Assembly (NCBI GenBank): GCA_030141605.1
Contig: JAQGDQ010001617.1
Location: forward strand, 1 to 32,427
Reading direction: 5' to 3'
Origin: Tubiluchus corallicola
Taxonomy: Eukaryota; Animalia; Priapulida
Length of the DNA stretch: 32,427 bases
Shown: one piece after another, positions 1 to 8,478 of the stretch
How positions within the stretch are numbered: the stretch's first letter is position 1
Layout of the letters: every line of letters begins with the position of its first letter
Translations under genes and position numbers: made by a program
The notes under the pieces: model-generated
Told to the model about the DNA's origin: nothing
The model's input: only the letters and a program-made list of their open reading frames with translations
Databases searched by the model: none

Positions 1-464
1 TTAAATTTTGAAGCAATAGCTTGCTGGAAACTTTCGAAACCAAGAAATCAAGAACGAGGAATATTGGCTATAACTGTTTTATCACTTCACTTCCCATTAA
101 CTTATAAACTAGTTTGGAATGCGAAGCAGTGGGTTACTCGTTTGCATGCACACGCAAGCACGCACGCACGTGCGTTATGCTCGCGCATATTTGTAAATAT
201 ACGCGTGTTACTTCGGAAGGGCATCATCTGAGACATAGCTTGTTAACAAATGTTTGTACATTTTGCAAATACACGCATGCAAAACGTACGTGCATGCGTG
301 TGTGCGGCGAGCGACTAAACCAATGCTTAACATAATTGCATTCTGGACTAATTTACAAGTTTAACAGTTACAACCGTTACAGCCAAAACAGTTACAGCCA
401 AAATTCCTCGTTCTTGATTTCTTAGTTTCGAAATTTTCCAGCAAGCTATTGCTTCAAAATTTAA
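1..464. mobile_element. MITE-like non-autonomous element with ~80-bp terminal inverted repeats and TTAA ends (copy 1)
   Basis: 1-80 (TTAAATTTTGAAGCAATAGCTTGCTGGAAA...GGCTATAACTGTTTT) is near-perfectly inverted at ~385-464 (AAAACAGTTACAGCC...GCTATTGCTTCAAAATTTAA). The interior has a second, imperfect CpG-rich inverted repeat (~131-200 vs ~261-321). No credible coding capacity; superfamily not assignable. Confidence 0.7.
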
Positions 465-471
465 TATAAAG
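465..471 (+). promoter_or_regulatory. Candidate TATA box (TATAAAG) upstream of the signal-peptide exon; mirrored at ~4915-4921 on the minus strand
   Basis: TATAAAG directly abuts the MITE end, ~100 nt before ATG 565. Motif only, in AT-rich DNA. Confidence 0.25.
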
Positions 472-564
472 GAAAACCGGATGATTGTTTAGACTCGGTC
501 TCATTTAATTTAGTGACATTAATTTGACTCTAATTTTCTCCTGCCCAAAGAGACAGGGAATTGC

Positions 565-1107
565 ATGGCCGTATTAAAAACTTTTATCGGATTAATACTG
601 GTTTTGTACATTGGTACTTGTGGCGAAATCTATTTGTCCACATATGCAACACATAATTGTCAATATCACTTCTCTTGTATTGAAACGTAGGTGGCTGTAA
701 ACCATGTCTTGCAACAAACATTAATTATGATATGACGCAACCCGAGGGTCTCTTTGAGCAAATGACACCAGGAAATTCTCCCTACAAACCTTTAGTAGGG
801 CAGATGTTTGATCTAAATGATCTGACCATACATTTGGACAAATTTGGCCACAGAGCGGTGTCATTAATTAAGGTCGTTACTTCATCACTAGCAACTGGAA
901 AGTTGTTCCATACCTTTGCCTCTTCTGGAGAACACAGTCTGTTCACCACGCTGTCTAACGAAATCGATTCAGATGCCGCAAAAGTAGATGTCAATCTCAC
1001 AAGTATATCATTCTCTGATGAACCATACACTGAGTACGCCATTGACAATGAAGCAGTCAGTGTAAGAAAGAACCGGTCTATAAGTTTTACGTTGTCAGAC
1101 AACGGAG
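565..1107 (+). pseudogene. Orphan inverted copy of exon 1 of the polycystin-1/PKD-repeat-like gene (signal peptide plus N-terminus, one frameshift)
   Basis: ATG 565 reads MAVLKTFIGLILVLYIGTCGEIYLSTYATHNCQYHFSCIET* (signal-peptide-like; TAG 688-690). A 1-nt shift at GAAA 682-685 continues as NVGGCKPCLATNINYDMTQPEG... into ORF 732..1130. Donor GAG|GTGAGA at 1107/1108. No plus-strand exon 2 follows. Confidence 0.65.
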
Positions 1108-2433
1108 GTGAGACTTTACAAAAAATGTAATAAGTAATAATTCTGAGATTACAGTGCTGAATGCAAAAAAGGGAGTAGCAAAAAATACAGATATACAGTG
1201 GCAATGAAAAAGAGAAGATCCCACCAAGATTGAGTTTTGCAATCTTATGATGCTTTCTTTAGTTTTCTTTCTTTTTTTAAAATTCTTTTGTTTCTGTGCA
1301 AAATTTCACAGCTCAAATTAGCAGTGTCTTCTGTTGCTCCTAGTCAATTTCCTTGAATCGAATTTCTTATTTTTTGCTATTTCTGTGCAGAACATTTACA
1401 ATACCTAAAGGGGAGTAAAAGGTAATCCTACAGTATATTCCAAAGTTCCTATACAAAGTAATATTACTTAGCACCACGCTTACATTTCTGAAACGCTTAT
1501 CTAGTTGAAAAAGAAAATTTTTCATAATTTAAAATGTTCAAGCCACTGATATCATCATCCTAGTATGCAACACTGATTGGAAAAAACATATTTTTGATCT
1601 CAATATCAGTATATTATGTAATTTAAACTAATGTTTAGTTTGCAGAGAGTGTGCATATGCTTTGATTATATAAGCTTGTTTGAAATGACTTACCGTTGAA
1701 ATTGTTGCGCCTAATGGTCATTATGTGAGTTTAAATATATAAATTTTATTCAGAATTATTGCAAATGCAAACGTTGCGTGCAATAAGGCAGCATGTAAAC
1801 GATGCTAAAATTCAAGATGAATTTTTAAGCTTATTATGATTAAATAATAAAAAATAATGAGGTAACTTTTTATTAAATAAATGGGCTTAGCATCCCCTTA
1901 TGAAATCAGTCTTTCAATGATACTGCCTGGGAGTTAGATATGCGAAAGAAAGTGCACCGCAAAATTTTCCAAGAGATGCCATAACAATAGCACACATGTT
2001 TCTTATGTCAAACATAAAAGTTAACATACCATTCTTTTAAAACTAAATCACTATTAGAGCCAGTCTCTGTACGCTTACTACCTGGCTTACAAACTCACAC
2101 TTGTGCTGCGTCCGCGATTCGCAATGATATTTTTGCTGCCGCCATCTAGCGGTGATGTTTCAGCCAGCAATGCCATGGTTGGTCTAAAACAGTCACAGTG
2201 TCGAATTTGGCACACAACTAGTCCACTACGTTTCATAAGTCGCTTAGTACAATTATGTGAACACGCCCAAACACACCGATACTGCGTTGCGCAGTATTTT
2301 TATGCGGAATATTATTGCGATTATCTAGGCTCGCTAATTACTGAGGTAAACGAATTCCTAAGTCCACACAATATAAGAGGCAAGAATCTGTTACTGATGG
2401 GTGTTATCACTTTGCTTGCCAAAAAAAACAAAC

Positions 2434-4820
2434 CTTCTGCATTGTGATATCTGTATACTTTGAAACAGTTGTAGCTCGTGCATCAGTTCTCACAAGGTGT
2501 CCAGGAACGTTGCAGATCCAGGAAATTCTGTGGCCAGACCATCTTGGTGCACAAGAACTGTGTCGTCTCCAAAATAGCACAGTATGGCTATACTTGAGAC
2601 TAACATTTTAACCCTCACGCTCGTATTAGTTGCAAGTGTTTCGGTGACATTTACACCTTGCATGGACTTATAGTTGTCTGGGATTATGATCACTTCCGAT
2701 AGCTCAGTTTCGGATGGAAATATGCCTACCAGCGATGAAGAACTGACCATGTTCGAAATGTTGAGGCTAATGTGCTTTACAGTAGCGTTGCTAGAATGTG
2801 GAACACTATGACTTCCTCTTGATTGGTTTATCAATATCCCACCAATTACTACATTGGCGGTATACATTACTCTATCAATTACTTCATTGCCAAAACTAAA
2901 AATGATATCATCTTCCTTTATAGTTCCCTTGCTAATTGCCCAAGTAATATTTGGTTGCAGTTGCCCTGTCGCAGCAGACGTGGTTACAAATTCCAAGCCT
3001 TCTATTTCGTCTTGAACCGCAACAGTTACAGAGGCACTGGACGTCGGACTCTGCATGCCATTATCACAAAATCCCGTCATATTATATCTACCAGCCTCTG
3101 TGTATGTCAGATTTTCAACTATGATAGAGTTTTCAATCAGTTCAGTTTCATTTTTCATTATTGGAGAACTGCAATCGCCAAGATCACAAGCGCAAACATA
3201 ACAGACACCAGATGGCATTTACAACTGTATTTGAAAATTTTTGTTTGTAGCAACACCATTTCCAAAACTGACCAATAGGGAAATCGCTAGATCGGTGACC
3301 TTGTCAGACACTGTGACAACATGTGTGATTCCTTTAATGGAGACCAGGTTTTGTGCAGTAATACTGAGATTGTAAACACCTGTGTTAAAATAGGTGTGCT
3401 TTTCTGTGCGCTCTTCACCCACTAGTGTAGTATTGTCACCCCAGTCCCATGTATATGTAACATTGTATCCTACAAAAAATCCTATCATTAGTTTTTTGCT
3501 GCCATTTTTACTATTCTGAACTTAAAGCACAAAAAATACTCTTCATAAAGAAAGCTTAAAAATTCGTCTTGAAATTTTGTATCGTTTACATGCTGCCTTA
3601 TTGCACGCAACGTTTGCATTTGCAATAATTCTGAATAAAATTTATATATTTAAACTCACATAATGACCATTAGGCGCAACAATTTCAACGGTAAGTCATT
3701 TCAAACAAGCTTATATAATCAAAGCATATGCACACTCTCTGCAAACTAAACATTAGTTTAAATTACATAATATACTGATATTGAGATCAAAAATATGTTT
3801 TTTCCAATCAGTGTTGCATACTAGGATGATGATATCAGTGGCTTGAACATTTTAAATTATGAAAAATTTTCTTTTTCAACTAGATAAGCGTTTCAGAAAT
3901 GTAAGCGTGGTGCTAAGTAATATTACTTTGTATAGGAACTTTGGAATATACTGTAGGATTACCTTTTACTCCCCTTTAGGTATTGTAAATGTTCTGCACA
4001 GAAATAGCAAAAAATAAGAAATTCGATTCAAGGAAATTGACTAGGAGCAACAGAAGACACTGCTAATTTGAGCTGTGAAATTTTGCACAGAAACAAAAGA
4101 ATTTTAAAAAAAGAAAGAAAACTAAAGAAAGCATCATAAGATTGCAAAACTCAATCTTGGTGGGATCTTCTCTTTTTCATTGCCACTGTATATCTGTATT
4201 TTTTGCTACTCCCTTTTTTGCATTCAGCACTGTAATCTCAGAATTATTACTTATTACATTTTTTGTAAAGTCTCACCTCCGTTGTCTGACAACGTAAAAC
4301 TTATAGACCGGTTCTTTCTTACACTGACTGCTTCATTGTCAATGGCGTACTCAGTGTATGGTTCATCAGAGAATGATATACTTGTGAGATTGACATCTAC
4401 TTTTGCGGCATCTGAATCGATTTCGTTAGACAGCGTGGTGAACAGACTGTGTTCTCCAGAAGAGGCAAAGGTATGGAACAACTTTCCAGTTGCTAGTGAT
4501 GAAGTAACGACCTTAATTAATGACACCGCTCTGTGGCCAAATTTGTCCAAATGTATGGTCAGATCATTTAGATCAAACATCTGCCCTACTAAAGGTTTGT
4601 AGGGAGAATTTCCTGGTGTCATTTGCTCAAAGAGACCCTCGGGTTGCGTCATATCATAATTAATGTTTGTTGCAAGACATGGTTTACAACCACCCACATT
4701 TCAATACAAGAGAAGTGACATTGACAATTATGTGTTGCATACATAGACAAATAGATGTCGCCACAAGTACCACTGTACAAACACCAGTATTAACCCGATA
4801 AAAGTTTTCAATACGCCCAT
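2434..4820 (-). pseudogene. Two-exon 5' fragment of a polycystin-1/REJ-like secreted or membrane protein with tandem PKD domains (exon 1 4820-4277, intron 4276-3470, exon 2 3469-~2434), disabled
   Basis: Donor GAG|GTGAGA (4277/4276) and acceptor CTAAT...TTTTTTGTAG|GA (3470/3469) are both phase 1 and give ...AVSVRKNRSISFTLSDNGG-YNVTYTWDWGDNTT...KHTYFNTGVYNLSITAQNLVS, a canonical PKD domain (WD[FW]GD, HTY..xG.Y, N.VS). ORFs 3219..3488 and 2490..3218 are one frame broken by a single TAA (3221-3219). Further PKD-like motifs follow (CDLGD, TYTEAGRYNMT, VQDEIEGL, ISNMVS, YFGDD). An apparent frameshift near 2510 leads to PGHLVRTDARATTVSKYTDITMQK and a possible donor AAG|GTTTGT at 2434/2433. Confidence 0.8.
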
Positions 4821-5385
4821 GCAATTCCCTGTCTCTTTGGGCAGGAGAAAATTAGAAGTCAAATTAATGTCACTAAATTAAATGAGACCGAGTCTAAACA
4901 ATCATCCGGTTTTCCTTTATATTAAATTTTGAAGCAATAGCTTCCCGGAAAATCTCGAAACTAAAAAATCAAGAACGAAGAATTTTGGCTGTAACTGTTT
5001 TGGCTGTAACGGTTGTAACTGTTAAACTTGTAAATTAGTCCAGAATGCAATTATGTTAAGCATTGGTTTAGTCGCTCGCCGCACACACGCATGCACGTAC
5101 GTTTTGCATGCGTGTATTTGCAAAATGTACAAACATTTGTTAACAAGCTATGTCTCAGATGATGCCCTTCCGAAGTAACACGCGTATATTTACAAATATG
5201 CGCGAGCATAACGCACGTGCGTGCGTGCTTGCGTGTGCATGCAAACGAGTAACCCACTGCTTCGCATTCCAAACTAGTTTATAAGTTAATGGGAAGTGAA
5301 GTGATAAAACAGTTATAGCCAATATTCCTCGTTCTTGATTTCTTGGTTTCGAAAGTTTCCAGCAAGCTATTGCTTCAAAATTTAA
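3552..5385 (-). repeat. Right arm of the ~1.83-kb inverted repeat
   Basis: Reverse complement of 1-1832. Differences cluster at ~4685-4985 and at the inner edge (~3552-3582). Confidence 0.97.
4922..5385. mobile_element. MITE-like element with ~80-bp TIRs and TTAA ends (copy 2, inverted)
   Basis: Inverted copy of 1-464; its inner TIR (4922-5000) has about 5 substitutions relative to copy 1. Confidence 0.7.
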
Positions 5386-7436
5386 TTCAAGTTATTCAAC
5401 AATGGAAAATATTCAAAGAAGCAGTAACAGCAGTTGCAGATGAACAGATTGGCAGAAGAAGGGGTAACAGAAAAGAAATGTGGATACAAGAAAAAACTTG
5501 GGAATTAATTGATGAAAGAAAGAAGACTAAGCAAATGAGAGACCAAGCAAAAACACCAGAAAGCAGGAGTCAAGCCAATGAGCAGTACCAACTGGCAGAT
5601 AGAGCAGTAAAAAGACGTTGCAGGAGGGACAAGAACGAATGGTTTGAAAAGAAGGGTGAAGAAGCACAGTTAGCAGCCAGCCATAATGATACCAAGACTC
5701 TCTACAGAATTGTTAAAGATCTAACGGGAACAGGAAGCACCCCAGCTGTGCCAATCAAGAACAAAAGTGGTGTGACTCTCACAACAACAGAACAGCAAAA
5801 CGCACGATGGGTGGAACACTTCAAGGAAGTTCTCAACCAGCCAAACCCAACAACATTATTCAATTTTGAGAATGAAATTGGACAACAACAGCTAGATGTA
5901 AGATTGGACAACATCAGTGAACTGGAAGTCGAAACTGCCATCAAAAAACTAAAGAACAACAAAGCAGCTGGAGAGGACCAAATAACAGCTGAGCTCCTGA
6001 AACACGGTAATAAAGGGATAACACGATCAATGACAAAGCTCCTGAACAGCTGCTGGGAACAACAAAAGGTCCCCGAAGATTGGAGAAATGGAGTCATCGT
6101 GAAGTTGCCTAAAAAAGGGAACCTGACAGATTGCAATAATTGGAGAGGAATAACTCTGATGTCAATACCTGGAAAAGTCCTGAGTATAGTGCTGCTAGAT
6201 CGGTTGAGAGATGCTGTTGATATAAGACTAAGAGAACAACAAGCTGGATTTAGAAAAGGAAGATCATGCTGTGAACAGATATTCACTCTCAGAAACATCA
6301 TTGAGCAATGTATGGAATTCCAACAGCCCTTATTAATCAATTTTATTGATTTCAAGAAGGCTTTTGACTCTGTTCACAGGCAGTCTCTATGGAAAATTGC
6401 TTCTCTGTATGGTATCCCACAGAAATTCATTTCAACCATCCAGAACTTTTACCAAAACAGCGGCTGTTGTATAAGAACACAAGAGGGAAACACCGAGTAT
6501 TTCACCATCGAAACTGGAGTCAAGCAGGGTTGCATTATGTCGCCATTCCTGTTCCTACTGACGATTGATTTCATCATGAAGAAGGCGGTTGATGGTAAAG
6601 ATCTAGGAATGCAATGGAAACAACAACAACGATTGGCAGATCTGGACTTTGCTGACGATATAGCTCTTCTGGAAACATCAAAAGAAAGCCTGCAACAACT
6701 GACCACAAGTATGGAAGAAGTAGCGGGAAAAATTGGATTGAGAATTAGTCAAGAAAAGACCAAAGTTTTGAAAGTGTGGACAAACCAACAGAATGATGTA
6801 CATATAACAGTGGGAGGCCAAATGGTTAAGAACGTTACCAGTTTTTCATATCTGGGCAGTGTGATGACCTGTAATGGAGGTACAGAAAATGACATCAGGG
6901 GGAGAATCGGCAAAGCAACAGCAGTATTTAGGAAGATGGGAAAAATCTGGACAAGCAAGAAAATTGACATGAAAATCAAACTTCGTCTGTACAATGCCAT
7001 TGTGCTGCCAACGGCTCTCTATGCCAGCGAAACCTGGAAAGTCACAGCGGAGTTATCAAAGAAACTGAACGTCTTCCACCAAAAATGCCTTCGAAAGATA
7101 CTAAAAATCTCCTACCGCGACCATGTCACCAATGTAGAAGTTCTTCAACGAGCGCAGTCATTGCGGTTACAAGATATAGTTACAGAGAGAAGAATGAAAC
7201 TGGCTGGACATATTCTCCGTCTATCAGAAAGTCGTTACGCCAAAACAGCAGTACAGTGGGAACCACCTGGTGGGAAACGAAAAAGAGGTCGGCCAAAAAC
7301 AACGTGGCGCAGATCCTTCAAAGAAGACCTTCGAGCTGTCAACATACGTTGGGAAAACGTAGAGAACGAAGCCGCCGATAGAACTCAGTGGAAAATGCTG
7401 TCTGCCCAATGTGCATCAATGCGCAGGAAGGACTAA
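5343..7436 (+). CDS. Reverse transcriptase of an RTE-clade LINE (open frame; the first ~20 codons come from flanking DNA, first ATG inside the element at 5478)
   Basis: Non-LTR RT motifs: KAAGEDQITAELLK, KLPKKGNLTDCNNWRGITL, QAGFRKGRSC, FIDFKKAFDSV, GVKQGCIMSPFLF, LDFADDIALL, FSYLGS, LYASETW, and the RTE-type C-terminal GKRKRGRPKTTW. No stops or frameshifts. Confidence 0.92.
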   Translation: MVSKVSSKLLLQNLIQVIQQWKIFKEAVTAVADEQIGRRRGNRKEMWIQEKTWELIDERKKTKQMRDQAKTPESRSQANEQYQLADRAVKRRCRRDKNEWFEKKGEEAQLAASHNDTKTLYRIVKDLTGTGSTPAVPIKNKSGVTLTTTEQQNARWVEHFKEVLNQPNPTTLFNFENEIGQQQLDVRLDNISELEVETAIKKLKNNKAAGEDQITAELLKHGNKGITRSMTKLLNSCWEQQKVPEDWRNGVIVKLPKKGNLTDCNNWRGITLMSIPGKVLSIVLLDRLRDAVDIRLREQQAGFRKGRSCCEQIFTLRNIIEQCMEFQQPLLINFIDFKKAFDSVHRQSLWKIASLYGIPQKFISTIQNFYQNSGCCIRTQEGNTEYFTIETGVKQGCIMSPFLFLLTIDFIMKKAVDGKDLGMQWKQQQRLADLDFADDIALLETSKESLQQLTTSMEEVAGKIGLRISQEKTKVLKVWTNQQNDVHITVGGQMVKNVTSFSYLGSVMTCNGGTENDIRGRIGKATAVFRKMGKIWTSKKIDMKIKLRLYNAIVLPTALYASETWKVTAELSKKLNVFHQKCLRKILKISYRDHVTNVEVLQRAQSLRLQDIVTERRMKLAGHILRLSESRYAKTAVQWEPPGGKRKRGRPKTTWRRSFKEDLRAVNIRWENVENEAADRTQWKMLSAQCASMRRKD

Positions 7437-7450
7437 GGTCTAAGGTAAGG
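5404..7450 (+). mobile_element. 5'-truncated RTE-clade non-LTR retrotransposon (LINE) with 11-bp target-site duplication
   Basis: TATTCAACAAT at 5393-5403 and 7451-7461 flanks the element. A short-repeat tail TAAGGTCTAAGGTAAGG starts at the stop codon, with essentially no 3' UTR, as is typical of RTE elements. No N-terminal APE endonuclease domain is present. Confidence 0.93.
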
Positions 7451-7492
7451 TATTCAACAATATTACGTCACCAATTTAATTTAACTTATTCA

Positions 7493-7537
7493 ACTATTGT
7501 GACGTCACAATAGTGCTCTACATTGTGACGTCACAAT
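7493..7537. promoter_or_regulatory. Two perfect palindromes centred on TGACGTCA (CRE/bZIP-type site)
   Basis: ACTATTGTGACGTCACAATAGT (7493-7514, 22 bp) and ATTGTGACGTCACAAT (7522-7537, 16 bp). Function unknown; may be sub-terminal repeats of a transposon. Confidence 0.55.
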
Positions 7538-8415
7538 AATAAAAGCCATCCTATACCACTGCACCCGCACCGCGCCACGAAGCAACATCAATAACAATAA
7601 CATTTTCCACAGTGTTAAAGCTGTGTGAAATGAAAAACACTAATAAACATGCGCGAACATTCTACACAGTCCTCGCTTTCTGCTCCTGAAACAACACATA
7701 CGCGTTTGCTTTCGCGTGAAATCCAAACTTGCGAAAACTTAGTATGCGTTGTTTGAGGTAATGAGAAAATCGCAATGTTTGGTTGGAGTCACACAAACTA
7801 TTAAGGTCAGTGTGAACCTGACTTAATAAGCTGACTTTTAATTTTGTAGCCAAAGTGGCTCCATCTAGCTAGAAAGTTTAAAGTGTGGGCATTGAAGTAT
7901 GAATAGGAATAAAAAATCTGGAATACATATTTGCACTGAACACAACAGAAAAGTGTTTATTAAAACTACAGGAACATGAGTAGCACAACTGTTGCACTGA
8001 ACACTGAGAGTGAGAGAGACTAGAAAGCAAAACCAGTCAGTATATATAGGTATAGGACTTGACCTATGCAGACTTGCACAGGCTTCACAACAACCATTAA
8101 TTTTAAATAGGGAGAGCACCAGTGTGTATGTAGTCACTGGACCATACAATTATACTGAGGGTAAGTCAGCTGGTAGAACAGGATTAGCCCATAGATGGCA
8201 GCACTTAGTTATAATGTACAATTCTAACTTCCACAATATCAGTTACAAGCAGTGGACTTTTACAGCAGCAAGGAAACTAAAATTATTTTTCATAAAATGT
8301 CTGGTAGTGGTAGTACTTCATATCTCAAAGCTGACGCAAATCAGAAAATTGAGTAATTCAATGCTTCACATTCCGGACTACATCTGTAACAATCAGTCGA
8401 CTTTTACGGTGGAGA

Positions 8416-8419
<4 letters not shown>

Positions 8420-8475
<56 letters not shown>
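8420..8475. repeat. (GA)n microsatellite, ~28 units
   Basis: Uninterrupted GA run. Confidence 0.98.

Positions 8476-8478
<3 letters not shown>

Larger units (their letters stand above)
1..1832 (+). repeat. Left arm of a ~1.83-kb inverted repeat (giant palindrome)
   Basis: 1-1832 is the reverse complement of 3552-5385 (position 1 pairs with 5385, 1130 with 4254, 1832 with 3552; the 2-nt offset is explained by two 1-nt indels). Mirror-image ORFs in the track confirm it (114..335+/5051..5272-, 732..1130+/4254..4697-, 782..1204-/4180..4602+). The arm starts at window position 1, so it may extend further left. Confidence 0.97.

Noticed and set aside
114-335. 73-aa Cys/His-rich ORF and its mirror 5051..5272
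   Set aside because: TTG start inside the MITE core; the composition follows from CA/CG/TG alternation; no domain pattern.
782-1204. 140-aa ORF and its mirror 4180..4602; also 2823..3278 and 2103..2447
   Set aside because: Antisense shadows of the PKD-like exons or non-ATG chance frames with no recognisable motifs.
1-5385. Palindrome as a pure sequencing or amplification fold-back artifact
   Set aside because: The arms differ by a patch of ~17 substitutions and 2 indels with synonymous bias and enclose a 1.7-kb unique spacer. Not fully excluded without reads, since a haplotype mis-join remains possible.
5702-7409. ORFs 5702..6355, 6449..6706, 6749..7000, 7085..7381, 7224..7409
   Set aside because: Antisense or alternate-frame shadows of the RTE reverse transcriptase.
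5343-7436. RT as a bacterial retron, group II intron, DGR or defence-system RT
   Set aside because: Motifs, TSD and short-repeat tail are those of a eukaryotic RTE LINE, and the context has spliceosomal introns and microsatellites.
7880-8220. LTR-like segment on the minus strand (TGTACA start, TATA-like, AATAAA, CTCF-like motif)
   Set aside because: No TG...CA boundary pair with a matching target-site duplication was found.
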